Position numbers and translations under genes: made by a program. Shown here one piece after another: positions 27,342 through 37,454 of a stretch of 64,000 nt of DNA. The first letter of the stretch is position 1; every line of letters starts with the position of its first letter. Source of the stretch: a virus; IMG/VR virus record IMGVR_UViG_3300027804_000039, positions 127,096 to 191,095 of that record; one strand, given 5' to 3'. Under the pieces are notes generated by a model. It was not told the origin of the DNA, ran no database searches, and saw only the letters and a program-made list of their open reading frames with translations.

Positions 27342-28519
27342 AACACCCTGTTCTCAATGATTGGTTCTTGTTCTGTATAAGAAATAATTAAGTCACAGCA
27401 ATTTGCATACGCCGCTGTTTTAGTTTGTTTGAGCGGAGAACCTATACTAATTACACTCATGGGCTTCCATTCGTTTTTTAGGAAAAATTTTGGTATTTTT
27501 CCGTTCTGCACACCAACTATTTGCGTTGTTTCGTCTAGTTGTGAATTATATTTTTTTTCTGCAATCAGTTTATTAAAATTTGAACCGTGCTCGTCGTTGT
27601 TAAGTCTAAAGTAGATTCCGACATTTTCTAAAATTTCATTTTTTTCCAGATTTTTGCTGAGATTTACCAGATCTTCATAACATCTACGATTGTCGTTGTG
27701 GTCAAAAATTACTAGTGTTGGCAGTCGATTTAATTCTTTCAAAGATTTGAAAATTTCTTCTAATGAATAGGTTGAGCGGTTGACCCAAATTTTTGTATTT
27801 TTTCTATAGGCCAGTTTTTTTGTCAAATTTTCGGTATTTTTTTCAGTTTTTTTGTCATCACTTAATGAGTAGTGATAACGCATACTTCGGTCAACGATGA
27901 TGTCGTCTGACACCGGTGTGTCAAGACCTAAATCTTGTGTTATTGCTTTTTGAAAATTTGCATGGCTGATATTTTCTAGTAAAAATTGACCTCGAATTTC
28001 GCTTTCTGACCATGATTTTATGGTTTTGTAAAAATCTATGATTTTTTCTTCGATATCAAATTCATATGGGGTAAAGGTCTCGACTAATAGGACAATATTT
28101 TTTTCAGTTAGTTCAATATTGTAAATTTTACCGCCCGAGTCTTGCGAAATATTTCCAAGATTTTTCCAAATTCCTTGGAGAACTTTACGTAATGATGTTG
28201 AAAATGCAAATTCGACAATAATTTCAGAATTAGCTGATGACAAATATATTTTTTTAGTTCTGTCCAACGGTCTAAAAACTCTAGACCACGAAGGCGACAA
28301 TAACGATGATAAAACTTCATCATTGAGATCACCAAAATTTTTGGAATTTTCACCTAAAATCTTTGATAATAGTTTTCCTTGATTTTCTGTGATAAAATTT
28401 TGTGATGCCACGAGCTTTCCTAAATTTTTAAGAATTTTCATTTCTCGTGTAGGTATACTTGCCAACGTTTCGTGAGGCAAATTTAAAATTTTAAGTAAAA
28501 TTCTATCTATTTGTGTCAT
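27332..28519 (-). CDS. Hypothetical protein, 395 aa
   Basis: Long ORF; minus-strand TTGACT-17-TATTAT 6 nt before ATG. Confidence 0.8.
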   Translation of the reverse strand: MTQIDRILLKILNLPHETLASIPTREMKILKNLGKLVASQNFITENQGKLLSKILGENSKNFGDLNDEVLSSLLSPSWSRVFRPLDRTKKIYLSSANSEIIVEFAFSTSLRKVLQGIWKNLGNISQDSGGKIYNIELTEKNIVLLVETFTPYEFDIEEKIIDFYKTIKSWSESEIRGQFLLENISHANFQKAITQDLGLDTPVSDDIIVDRSMRYHYSLSDDKKTEKNTENLTKKLAYRKNTKIWVNRSTYSLEEIFKSLKELNRLPTLVIFDHNDNRRCYEDLVNLSKNLEKNEILENVGIYFRLNNDEHGSNFNKLIAEKKYNSQLDETTQIVGVQNGKIPKFFLKNEWKPMSVISIGSPLKQTKTAAYANCCDLIISYTEQEPIIENRVLWE

Positions 28520-28619
28520 ACTACTATAATAAACAAGTTGTTAACAAAAGTCAATACCTGCAGAAAAAAATAGGCCTATAAATATTTAAGGCCTATGGAG
28601 GGGTTTTTGGACAAATTAG

Positions 28620-29075
28620 TTATAGCGATGCATCTTCCATACCAGCAACACGTAATTTAACAATATTTGTTATTTGCCATTGTTTTTGGTCTAATGCCTT
28701 TGTGATGCCTAACCATTTATTGCGTAAGAGAGCAAACTCGTTGATGATTTTTTCAAAGTCAACTACATCTGCTTCCCCTTCCACAAATTTTTCACAATCT
28801 CGACTACTAAGAGCACGTTGGTAATTTTCTAAATACTTACGAAAGTGCTGACTTTTTAATCTTCTAAGCTCGATATTCAAATATTCCAAAATTGCTTCAA
28901 TTTCTTGAAGCTGACTAAATCGTTGTTCCACGATGCCTGGCATTCCAGCCGCGGCTCTTTCAATATTTCCCGTTATACGGCATTCAACTTTTGCGGCTTC
29001 CAATTCTGCCTTATAGAATTCCACAGCATCGGGGATATTCGATATGTCTTTTGAAATTTTTGCGTACCAACCCAT
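28620..29075 (-). CDS. uvsY: Recombination mediator UvsY
   Basis: Helical protein ending ...KALDQKQWQITNIVKLRVAG; next to UvsX. Confidence 0.85.
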   Translation of the reverse strand: MGWYAKISKDISNIPDAVEFYKAELEAAKVECRITGNIERAAAGMPGIVEQRFSQLQEIEAILEYLNIELRRLKSQHFRKYLENYQRALSSRDCEKFVEGEADVVDFEKIINEFALLRNKWLGITKALDQKQWQITNIVKLRVAGMEDASL

Positions 29076-29308
29076 TAAAAATCCAATTCTTTGTAGTCGT
29101 CGTCTTCTTGGTCTTCTTCGTCTAGGTAGTATTCAATAGCTTGATCTAGCGTATGGTCTACACCCATTGCACCTTGTAGTGTTCTATCACCGACACCATA
29201 GTCTGCAAGCAGATCGATGTATCTTTCGGCTGCAACTTCTAATTGTTTTTTATCAATGTAGTCGGCGAACACTAACCAGATGTCACCAATTTGGCTTTCA
29301 TTCAACAT
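29075..29308 (-). CDS. Hypothetical acidic protein
   Basis: ORF between uvsX and uvsY; GAGGAG upstream. Confidence 0.75.
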   Translation of the reverse strand: MLNESQIGDIWLVFADYIDKKQLEVAAERYIDLLADYGVGDRTLQGAMGVDHTLDQAIEYYLDEEDQEDDDYKELDF

Positions 29309-30362
29309 GCTCTTCATTCTCCTCGGGAACAGTAGTTGTTTTAGTAGGGCTGATATGGAATTTTTCCATTATCATATCTAATTTATCATCTTTCCATTCT
29401 TTTCGGTAGAATTTGAACTCTTCTCCAGTTTCTGGGTCAACCCATTTAAGTCTGTTGCCTTCTTGCTTGAGCAAACCTTCTTTTTCAAACAAGTCAACAA
29501 CACCACTATAGGGATTCATACCTGTTTCATAAGGAATCTTGACCTGCACACCTTCAAAAGGTTTAGCATATCGTGTTTTCATAATTTTACAAGCAGCACG
29601 AATACCGTTTACTTCTGAAACCTTGTTGCCGTCTTCGTCTTCTTTAAGTTTTAACTTCTTCATGGCAACCACAATAGAACTTGCGTAAATGAAGCCTTGT
29701 CCGCCTGAAATTTTATCGTCAGGATCGAACATATCTTGCGATGCGTATGTATGATTAGTTGCAACAAGTCCAATATTTAAACTCCCAAACATGTTTACAC
29801 AATTACGAACAAGTGCTGTCAGTGCTTTAGGCTTACGGCCCATGTCACCTTTCAAATCACCTGCTTCAAACTGATTAACGTCAGTTGGTGTTAGCAACAT
29901 GCCCAGACTATCAACCACAAAAAGTACTTTTGGTCTAGTTTCTTCCGGCATTTCTTTATATTCTTTGATGAATTCGTTGATAGTTTTAGCAACGTCGTCG
30001 ATCATAGCCATATTAAGTTTTAACAACTTGTCTTCGCTAGTATCTACACCAAGTGCGTGTAACCATGCTTCGTCCAAAGCATTTTCGCTGTCGATTAGTA
30101 CAACATAAATGCCTTGTGCTTGAGCATTTTTGACAATATTGCCTGAGCAAATATAAGACTTGCCTGCGCCAGACTCACCAGCAAACACAGTAACCTTGCC
30201 TAGTGGAATTCCGCGATGAAAGTCACCACTGATGAGATAGTTAAGGGCGTAATTCCCTGTACTGACCCAATCTGTTGGATCAGTAAAGCCAACACTTAGT
30301 CCGTCAATAGACTTAGTCAGCGTTTTTCTAAATTTTGATAAATCGAATGCTTTAGTGGCCAT
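29298..30362 (-). CDS. uvsX: RecA-like recombinase UvsX
   Basis: GESGAGKS, LIDSENA, VVDSLG, ATNHTY, SGGQG, KTRY; start moved to MATKAF. Confidence 0.95.
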   Translation of the reverse strand: MATKAFDLSKFRKTLTKSIDGLSVGFTDPTDWVSTGNYALNYLISGDFHRGIPLGKVTVFAGESGAGKSYICSGNIVKNAQAQGIYVVLIDSENALDEAWLHALGVDTSEDKLLKLNMAMIDDVAKTINEFIKEYKEMPEETRPKVLFVVDSLGMLLTPTDVNQFEAGDLKGDMGRKPKALTALVRNCVNMFGSLNIGLVATNHTYASQDMFDPDDKISGGQGFIYASSIVVAMKKLKLKEDEDGNKVSEVNGIRAACKIMKTRYAKPFEGVQVKIPYETGMNPYSGVVDLFEKEGLLKQEGNRLKWVDPETGEEFKFYRKEWKDDKLDMIMEKFHISPTKTTTVPEENEEHVE

Positions 30363-30364
30363 AA

Positions 30365-30556
30365 TTATTGATCCAATGGTAATGAATTCCACTCTTTAAT
30401 TAGAGCGATTACTTCTTCTTCTGAATTACAAAGAGTCTTGGTGTTAGTCCAATCTTCTTTTTTATTGCGTCCACCAATTTCAACCATCCAACCGTTATCA
30501 TAACGATTGATGCTGATGTTTTCGTTTACCTTAGCTAATTTTGCTAATTTACTCAT
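30365..30556 (-). CDS. Hypothetical protein
   Basis: MSKLAK start with TAGGAG RBS. Confidence 0.75.
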   Translation of the reverse strand: MSKLAKLAKVNENISINRYDNGWMVEIGGRNKKEDWTNTKTLCNSEEEVIALIKEWNSLPLDQ

Positions 30557-30624
30557 AATCATTCTCCTAATAGATGTGAGAGCACGGGCGTACAACTAAG
30601 TTGCAGAGGCCCACGCCGTGTTTA

Positions 30625-31605
30625 TTACTTCTGACGGTTACGAATCATTGCCAAGATGTCTTGGGCACGTGAATCGCCGCTACTTGCAGGTGCTTCTGTT
30701 TTTGTTTCAGTTGCTGATGCAGGTACTGCCTTTGCTACTGGAGCAGGCTCGTCGTCATAGTTGTCGTCTGCTGGTGCAGATGCTTTAGGAGTTGATTTTA
30801 CAGGATCGCCAGTTGCTTGGCCCATGCCTGCTGGTTTGAAATACTGACCCCAACGTTCCATGTCAAATGGTTCTCCATCAACAGACGCTTCAAACATTTC
30901 CTTCATAACCTTAACTTCAATTTCAGTTGGTTTCTTAGGTAGGAAATCTGTTAGATTGAACAAGCCATGTGCTTTGATAGCAGCTTGCTCGTCGTCACCT
31001 AGTGGGCGTTCACGGCGGGCCCATGAACTTGTTGAGTAGTCAGCGTAGCCTCCCTTGCTACCTTTCTTCATACGGAAATCTAGTCCGTGTACAAAGTCAG
31101 TTGGCAAGTCTTCCAACTCTGGATCTACAAGAGCAGAACGAATTAGTTGGAAAATTTGAGGTCCGATAATAAATCGGCGAATTGGGTTTTCAGGTTTTTG
31201 TTCTTCCTTCAAACCGTCTTCAGCAACAAAACCTTGGAAAATGTAAGAACGCTTTTTCCAATACTTACGACCCATGTCCTCAAGTGCTGGATCTTTAAAC
31301 CAACCGCGAACCTCAGTTAGAATGGGGCAAGATTCCCCATACATTTCCATGCATGGTACTTGTACGATTGTTTGTTTGGATTCTGCTTCACCTTTGATTC
31401 CGGCGAATGGCAATTTAATCATTGCACGTTCAACCCAGAAAAAAGTGTTGTCTTGATTACCGTCGGGTAAGAAACGAAGTACGGATTCACCGCCTTCTTT
31501 TAGGTTCCAGAACGGGTAAATTGAATTATCACCGCCTGTACGTTCTCCTGAACCTTTTTGTTCAGATGCCTTAAGTTTTGCTCTAATTTCAGCCAAAGTT
31601 GCCAT
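30625..31605 (-). CDS. gp32: Single-stranded DNA-binding protein (gp32-like)
   Basis: LRFLPD, CPI, YWKKRSY, GxxDYSTS, acidic/low-complexity tail. Confidence 0.9.
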   Translation of the reverse strand: MATLAEIRAKLKASEQKGSGERTGGDNSIYPFWNLKEGGESVLRFLPDGNQDNTFFWVERAMIKLPFAGIKGEAESKQTIVQVPCMEMYGESCPILTEVRGWFKDPALEDMGRKYWKKRSYIFQGFVAEDGLKEEQKPENPIRRFIIGPQIFQLIRSALVDPELEDLPTDFVHGLDFRMKKGSKGGYADYSTSSWARRERPLGDDEQAAIKAHGLFNLTDFLPKKPTEIEVKVMKEMFEASVDGEPFDMERWGQYFKPAGMGQATGDPVKSTPKASAPADDNYDDEPAPVAKAVPASATETKTEAPASSGDSRAQDILAMIRNRQK

Positions 31606-31667
31606 AATATTTCTCCTTTAATATGCCTTTGTTTTTGCCTTATATTGTTTGATAACTTTACCAAACA

Positions 31668-31699
31668 AAAAACGCATACATATTATTGTATGCGTTTTT
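31668..31699. terminator. Perfect 13-bp inverted repeat overlapping a sigma70 promoter of gp32
   Basis: AAAAACGCATACA-TATTAT-TGTATGCGTTTTT; minus-strand TTGCTT-17-TACAAT overlaps it. Confidence 0.7.
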
Positions 31700-31726
31700 A
31701 TTTAGCAAAGCAAGAGTTTTCTTGCT

Positions 31727-32554
31727 CTAAATGTGGAATTTTTCACCAAAAAGATTTGTAGAAAGTCCTTTTTTATTCAGCCAACTAGATACAAATAATT
31801 GGTTTTCATAATCATAGTTGTATATCAATGAACGGTGTAAGCCGGCTACTTTTACATGCTCTTTATCAAAGAAGTGCGGCAGTAGCTGATCTGCCTTCAT
31901 ATTAAAATCTTTAGACAGCATGTAGAATTTTGATTTTTTTTCAAATTGAGTTGGAAATTTATCCAGCTTATGTAATAGCATGGAATAAAGAAGGAACTCG
32001 CTTTCAATCACTGTTTGATCGGCAAAGTCTTCCAAAAACTTTTGATAATCTGTGATTGTTTCTAACACACTTTTATGAAAAACAAAGGGTGTTAAAATTG
32101 ATAAATGTTGGAATGTTACGGGTATATCGAAGTATTTTGCATACTCTACGATGGTATTGCGCCAGTTATTGTCGTCAGTGAAATTGGCACTTGTTCCGTT
32201 TCCTACTACAAGATCCCATTCATTTATATCAGTTTTTTTGATAAAAAAGTTCTTAGAATCTAAAGTTAAATAATCGTCTTTTATATACCTAAAAGCATCT
32301 AATTTGTAGTATTGTTGTCTTGACCAACCACCTTTGCTATTATAAACTGATGGTATAATGTCAGCTCCGTTTACAACTTTCAAAGTATGATTCGAATAGT
32401 AAGGAGATAACAAAGAATACCACTCGTCCACAGAAACAGCCGTGTCATCAACAACAACCCAATGCGTACAAGGACTAAGAAATTTTTGTATGCTTTCTGC
32501 CTGCAATAACATTTGTAACTTGTCGTGACTACAAGTTATTGTAAGTAGATCCAT
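31727..32554 (-). CDS. GT-A-fold glycosyltransferase-like protein (DUF6492-like)
   Basis: GWSRQQYYKL...YLTLDSKNFF, TPFVF, ESEFLLY. Confidence 0.55.
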   Translation of the reverse strand: MDLLTITCSHDKLQMLLQAESIQKFLSPCTHWVVVDDTAVSVDEWYSLLSPYYSNHTLKVVNGADIIPSVYNSKGGWSRQQYYKLDAFRYIKDDYLTLDSKNFFIKKTDINEWDLVVGNGTSANFTDDNNWRNTIVEYAKYFDIPVTFQHLSILTPFVFHKSVLETITDYQKFLEDFADQTVIESEFLLYSMLLHKLDKFPTQFEKKSKFYMLSKDFNMKADQLLPHFFDKEHVKVAGLHRSLIYNYDYENQLFVSSWLNKKGLSTNLFGEKFHI

Positions 32555-32557
32555 AAG

Positions 32558-34939
32558 TTATCTGTGATGTACTAAACTAACCAAACGTTGTACTTCGTCA
32601 TAGCCTGTTGATTCGTGGAACGCTGGAGCCATAGATTGAACTTGAGTTTCTAAAGCGCCAATATCGTGCGATGGTCCAGCATGTCTAGTAGTAACGTCTG
32701 GTGTGCTTGATCCGCTAGGATCTTTCATATCAATGAATTTTAACACCTTAATTAAATCTTCTTCTGTTGCGCCTTCAAACATTCCGTCTTCAAATGCTTT
32801 CTTCAATTTAATTTTGATACGCATTCCACCTAAAGGAAAGTTTCCAGTTTCTTTATTGTAAAAACCACTGACAAATTTTAGCATACCTTCTAAGCCGCCT
32901 TCAACCGGAGTGCTGAAACCAAAATCTGCAGGTTTCATTCCACATTCATCGATTAGCTCAGCCAGTGTTTTATTGCCTATCATTGTTTCTAGTGTTGCAC
33001 CGGCTTTTTTAGCTTTATCAATTGCTCCAGCTAATCCTTGACGTGCAAGGTGTCTTGCTTGACTGTGTGCTGTATGTTTGGCACCGCTCTTGTCTGTAAC
33101 ATCACCTTTAGCTTTCTTATAAGGACCATCAAACGGAGGATCATCTTTCTTTGCTTCAGCGACAGGTGCTGGCTGAGCAGCCGGTTCTGCTGTAGGCATT
33201 TCTCCTGGAGCTGCCGCTGTTGGTTCTGCTGGAGGTGTTGCCTCTGGTGCAGGAGCAGCTGCCGCAGGTTCTGGTGCAGGTGCCGGCTCTACTGGTTCTT
33301 TGGCAGCATTTTCATCTGCTGGAAATGTTAGTTGATCTAACAATTCTTGATGTTCTGTTTCAATCCATCCTCTTACGATATCATTTAAGTCTGTTTCGGC
33401 AGGAACAGATTTAACCGCATCAACAAACGATGGTTCATCAATTAAACCTTTTAAGGTCATAACAGCGTTGTCGCCATTAGGACCTACTTGCAAATTTTGT
33501 GAAAGAATATCATTTAGTTTTTCAATGGCTGCAGATTTAGCGCCTTCGTTTGGACTAAGAATTTCGTTTTTGTTTTCGTTAACTAAAGTTTCTAAAAAAG
33601 ATTCGTATTGATCTTCAATGTTGAATGACTCGAGCTTACCAGACTTGGCACGTTTACATGCATCTAGTACAACGTCATACGGGTCGGTTGACCAAGACAA
33701 CGGCTGTCCGGAGCCGCCAGTAACTTTAATTCCTAATTGTTGAGCAATTTGTTGAGGCGACATTCCTTGCTTACACATTTGATATGCCTTTGCGCTCAAT
33801 GCTGTCTTATCAGGCGTCATACGCTCATTTACTGTGCCCTCTGAGGTGTGTTCATGATCGTCACATACACAATCTTTTTCAAGTCTGTCACATGAATCGC
33901 AATATTCTTCTGTCTTTTCACCCAATATGTCGTCTGCTGATAATTCAACTACTGGTAACTCTGACTCGTCAATAAATTTGTAAATGTAAGGAAATACAGA
34001 TTTTAATTCTTCATTAAATGTACGAATAGTCAAACGGTCAATTAAATCATTTTGTATGTCCTCTGGTATAGAAACTTCTTCTCGATCTTCAAACGATTCT
34101 ACAAACGATTCGTAGTATGATGTCTTTTGTAATTTACCAATAGTGTCTTTAATTTCTTCAATGCGTTCGATAACACGACCAGTTACACTAGACATTGCTT
34201 CGCTTAGTTGCTCTTGACGACTTACGTAACCTTTGAACTTTCTCAGGCCAGCAAGTTCTTCACTTAATCCACAAATGTATTGACCAATGTTATCATAAGG
34301 ATTGCCACCGTGGCCAATATGTTCTGCTAAAGCACGAGCTCCATTGATATGTTTGAAAGGATATTTAAATCTCTCTCCTTGACTATTTTCAATGTAGATA
34401 CTTTCAATGTGCATAGTTCTACCAGCAGGTAGTTCAATGTTAATTGGCTGGCTGTGCTTAATCACTAGACGTGTTTCGCCTAAGTCTTGGTAACTCATTC
34501 TGTTGTTACCGTAAAGTTTGTTTTCCATAATTGCGGGCATAATTGGCATTTCCTTACGTTTTGCCTGAAACTCGTAGTCTCGTTTATCTAAATTGCTTTT
34601 TCCAATGTTTTGAACATCAAAGTTTAAAAGTCTGTCTTTGGCAAACTGTCTAAAACCTCTAATAAATTTAAAGGCTCTGTGTCTAGTAGTCTTACTTTCG
34701 TCGTCTACTAAATCACCGCTGACTTGCATAACAATCCCATCTTCTGCATCTAACGTGATTGCAATAGTGCCTAAAGATTCGCCGTCTTCTTCGTATTCAA
34801 ACTCAAAGAAACGGGCTCTAGGAATGTCTTCTTTTTTGCTTAAAACTTCGGCGTTTTCATCACCGATGTTAATGTTCTTAAAGCGGGTCTGTATCTTTCC
34901 ATACAGATCTTTAGCAATTTTGTTTAAATTTGAGTCCAT
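32558..34939 (-). CDS. Large late protein, probable head core/internal protein
   Basis: Start moved to MDSNLNK, 4 nt after TAAATA; acidic, with a Pro/Ala/Glu linker and many (L/V/M)xE sites. Confidence 0.7.
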   Translation of the reverse strand: MDSNLNKIAKDLYGKIQTRFKNINIGDENAEVLSKKEDIPRARFFEFEYEEDGESLGTIAITLDAEDGIVMQVSGDLVDDESKTTRHRAFKFIRGFRQFAKDRLLNFDVQNIGKSNLDKRDYEFQAKRKEMPIMPAIMENKLYGNNRMSYQDLGETRLVIKHSQPINIELPAGRTMHIESIYIENSQGERFKYPFKHINGARALAEHIGHGGNPYDNIGQYICGLSEELAGLRKFKGYVSRQEQLSEAMSSVTGRVIERIEEIKDTIGKLQKTSYYESFVESFEDREEVSIPEDIQNDLIDRLTIRTFNEELKSVFPYIYKFIDESELPVVELSADDILGEKTEEYCDSCDRLEKDCVCDDHEHTSEGTVNERMTPDKTALSAKAYQMCKQGMSPQQIAQQLGIKVTGGSGQPLSWSTDPYDVVLDACKRAKSGKLESFNIEDQYESFLETLVNENKNEILSPNEGAKSAAIEKLNDILSQNLQVGPNGDNAVMTLKGLIDEPSFVDAVKSVPAETDLNDIVRGWIETEHQELLDQLTFPADENAAKEPVEPAPAPEPAAAAPAPEATPPAEPTAAAPGEMPTAEPAAQPAPVAEAKKDDPPFDGPYKKAKGDVTDKSGAKHTAHSQARHLARQGLAGAIDKAKKAGATLETMIGNKTLAELIDECGMKPADFGFSTPVEGGLEGMLKFVSGFYNKETGNFPLGGMRIKIKLKKAFEDGMFEGATEEDLIKVLKFIDMKDPSGSSTPDVTTRHAGPSHDIGALETQVQSMAPAFHESTGYDEVQRLVSLVHHR

Positions 34940-34949
34940 GTTATATTTA

Positions 34950-36542
34950 TCACAATCCCGAAACGAATATTGGTAGCGGCGGCTCCCAATCATCCCCAAA
35001 TTCGTCATCTACGCTCATAAGCTCAAACACTTTAGGATCCCAGTCTGCTAACACTACGCTCATTCTGATCAGCAATAGTAGCGCCGCCACTAAGTCATCG
35101 TGCTGGCCTTCTTTAGCTTTATAGGTAATTCCTTGTGCAATATACGTTTTGAGCTCACTGATTAACGTTTTACTGTTAATCTTCATTTTGTCTTCTTCAA
35201 TCAAATATTTTAGTCGGGCGCAGGCTGCAATCTTTGTACCGTGGGTAGTATTAAATCCTTTGCGGAATTTACGAACATGCCCTTTACGTTGCGGTTCACT
35301 AACAAACATTCCTGGAAACGTTTCTTCGCCTAGGTCCGCAATTACGACTAATGCGGCTTCTCCAACGGTGTTATTTTCAACACTCCAGTAGATGCTATTG
35401 TTGTTATCTGTACCTATTTCGTCTTGAACATATTTTAGCACATCTCTAAATATTTTAACTTGCCCTTGCACTTGAGTTAAGTTGTGTTGCCACTCAGCCA
35501 CTTGTATGAAACTAGGCAACTCAAATACCTGTATACCTGCGTAGTCGCCGCCCGTACCTAAACTAGGATCTAGTGCAGCAAGATATAACATTCCCGGTAC
35601 TGGCTTTTTGTACCACCTAACTTGGCCCATTTTAAATAACGGGTCTTTTCCTGTCATGTCAATTAATTTAAGAGAGCTAACTAATGTTTCATCAAAGACC
35701 AAGAATTCGCAACCGTATTCGCGACGGAATCGTTCTTCACCAATACGCCCAAGTTCTTCTCTTTTCCAGTCTTCGTTTCTATCCGGATGTTCCCACCATT
35801 CAGCTTTGAATCCGTGAAAGCCGTTTCTTCCTAAACTATCTTCTTTAGCATTGCCGTATTCGTCAAATAAATCCTGGCTTTCCTTCCAAATTTCAGCAAA
35901 TGTATCTTCATCGCTGTTTGGTGTTGACGTAATAATTGCTTTACCACCGGTTGCCAGTGTTGGTGATATGGAGGTCCAGAACTCGTTAGCAATATTAGGT
36001 TGTACGAACGCAAACTCGTCACAATATAGTAGTGATATAGACATACCACGACCCGTTGTGCCTGTTGTGGTTTGACTTACAATACGTGAACCGTTATCAA
36101 ACTCTATACTACCTTTGTTGTAACTAACAACACCGCATCTTATATAATCAGGGCATAACTCATATCCGTAACGAATACGTTGCATAATTTCCTGAGCACC
36201 TGTATATTTGTGCGCAGCAACTAGAATTGTTTGATCCGGATGAAACATTGCATACCACAACAAATACCCCGCAGCACATGTTGTTTTACCGCTTTGTCGC
36301 GGCATCATGTTAATGTTAAAACGATAATCGTGATAACTGTGAAGGAGCCTTAACTGATATTCAAATGGCTCAAACTTCATCTTACCTTTAGTAGGATGTT
36401 GTATATGAAAAAAGTTTTTAGCAAAGTACAAATACCCCTCCATGGGGTCTGCACACATCAGCAAGTCTTGGACTTGTGATTCAGTAAACTTTTCTTGTTT
36501 ATGCGCCTTTTTTACTAAGACGCCGTCTAATGATTTTGCCAT
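34950..36542 (-). CDS. gp17: Terminase large subunit (gp17-like)
   Basis: PRQSGKTT, LYCDEFAF, ITSTPN, ALDPSLG, HDDLV. Confidence 0.95.
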   Translation of the reverse strand: MAKSLDGVLVKKAHKQEKFTESQVQDLLMCADPMEGYLYFAKNFFHIQHPTKGKMKFEPFEYQLRLLHSYHDYRFNINMMPRQSGKTTCAAGYLLWYAMFHPDQTILVAAHKYTGAQEIMQRIRYGYELCPDYIRCGVVSYNKGSIEFDNGSRIVSQTTTGTTGRGMSISLLYCDEFAFVQPNIANEFWTSISPTLATGGKAIITSTPNSDEDTFAEIWKESQDLFDEYGNAKEDSLGRNGFHGFKAEWWEHPDRNEDWKREELGRIGEERFRREYGCEFLVFDETLVSSLKLIDMTGKDPLFKMGQVRWYKKPVPGMLYLAALDPSLGTGGDYAGIQVFELPSFIQVAEWQHNLTQVQGQVKIFRDVLKYVQDEIGTDNNNSIYWSVENNTVGEAALVVIADLGEETFPGMFVSEPQRKGHVRKFRKGFNTTHGTKIAACARLKYLIEEDKMKINSKTLISELKTYIAQGITYKAKEGQHDDLVAALLLLIRMSVVLADWDPKVFELMSVDDEFGDDWEPPLPIFVSGL

Positions 36543-36557
36543 AACTTTATTTACATA

Positions 36558-36586
36558 AAAAAAAGGCTCCTAAGAGCCTTTTTTGA
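36558..36586 (-). terminator. Intrinsic terminator
   Basis: AAAAAAGGCTC-CTAA-GAGCCTTTTTT. Confidence 0.75.
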
Positions 36587-36598
36587 CTGGTTTTTGAA

Positions 36599-36967
36599 TT
36601 AAGGAGCAATTGGCAAATCGCTACCTGGTACTGGTTCTAAGGATCCTGTACTTGCGCCACCGCCAACATTAGGATTAAATTGTCGGTTAGGTTTAGCTAG
36701 TGCGGCAGGTGCTGAAACTTTACCTGGTTGAGATTTAACAGCATCTTTGACTACATATTCCCCGCACCATTTAAATTTCTTTAGACCTTGTTTTTTAGCT
36801 ATTGCGTATGCTTGACTAAATGTTGGCGCATCAATGACAGGACTTCCTGCAGGTGCTGCTGGTTGAGTCTGAACGGCTGGAGCATCTGCTACAGGGGCGT
36901 CCGTTACTTCAGATATTTGTTCTAAACGTTTTTGTAATTCACGGATTTGATCCGATAATGTGCTCAT
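36599..36967 (-). CDS. Hypothetical virion protein
   Basis: Coiled N-terminus (QIRELQKRLEQISE); TFSQAYAIAKKQGLKKFKW motif. Confidence 0.7.
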   Translation of the reverse strand: MSTLSDQIRELQKRLEQISEVTDAPVADAPAVQTQPAAPAGSPVIDAPTFSQAYAIAKKQGLKKFKWCGEYVVKDAVKSQPGKVSAPAALAKPNRQFNPNVGGGASTGSLEPVPGSDLPIAP

Positions 36968-36968
36968 G

Positions 36969-37454
36969 TTAGCTACCTTTAATTGCTTGATACTTCTCAG
37001 ATAACTTAGCCACTAACGATTCCATAGCATTACTGCCGCTTATACCAACACCACGTTTTCCCATCAAACCTTTAGAGTGAATATCATCGCCTGTTGGGGT
37101 CATTGCGCTAACATCTGCTACTTGCGGATTTGGCTCATTGTCGAAAGTTTCGTCTGCACCGATACCGACTAGTATGTCGTCAGAATCTTTACTATCACCA
37201 GCTTGTTCGATGTTTCTCAAAATTCCAATTAAATCTCTAATGCCGCCTGCGCCACTGCCATTCATACTTACATTCATAGTAACTGAATCGCTTTGCTTAG
37301 GTGCGCCCATGCTCATCATTCCGCCACACTCGCCGGTTAACATATCACCGTCGTTTGGCATTTTGTTTGGTTCAACATCCATCTGTCCGCCACACTCGTC
37401 GGCTTGTGTTTCGTCTAATTGTTTTATTTTTGTTAATAAGTCTTGGAAATTCAT
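36969..37454 (-). CDS. Acidic prohead core/scaffold-like protein
   Basis: MNFQDLLTKIKQLDE; acidic low complexity; head-gene context. Confidence 0.55.
   Translation of the reverse strand: MNFQDLLTKIKQLDETQADECGGQMDVEPNKMPNDGDMLTGECGGMMSMGAPKQSDSVTMNVSMNGSGAGGIRDLIGILRNIEQAGDSKDSDDILVGIGADETFDNEPNPQVADVSAMTPTGDDIHSKGLMGKRGVGISGSNAMESLVAKLSEKYQAIKGS

Noticed and set aside
16726-36542. Inteins or introns in helicase, UvsW, UvsX or terminase
   Set aside because: Lengths and motif spacing are normal; no splice motifs or LAGLIDADG inserts seen
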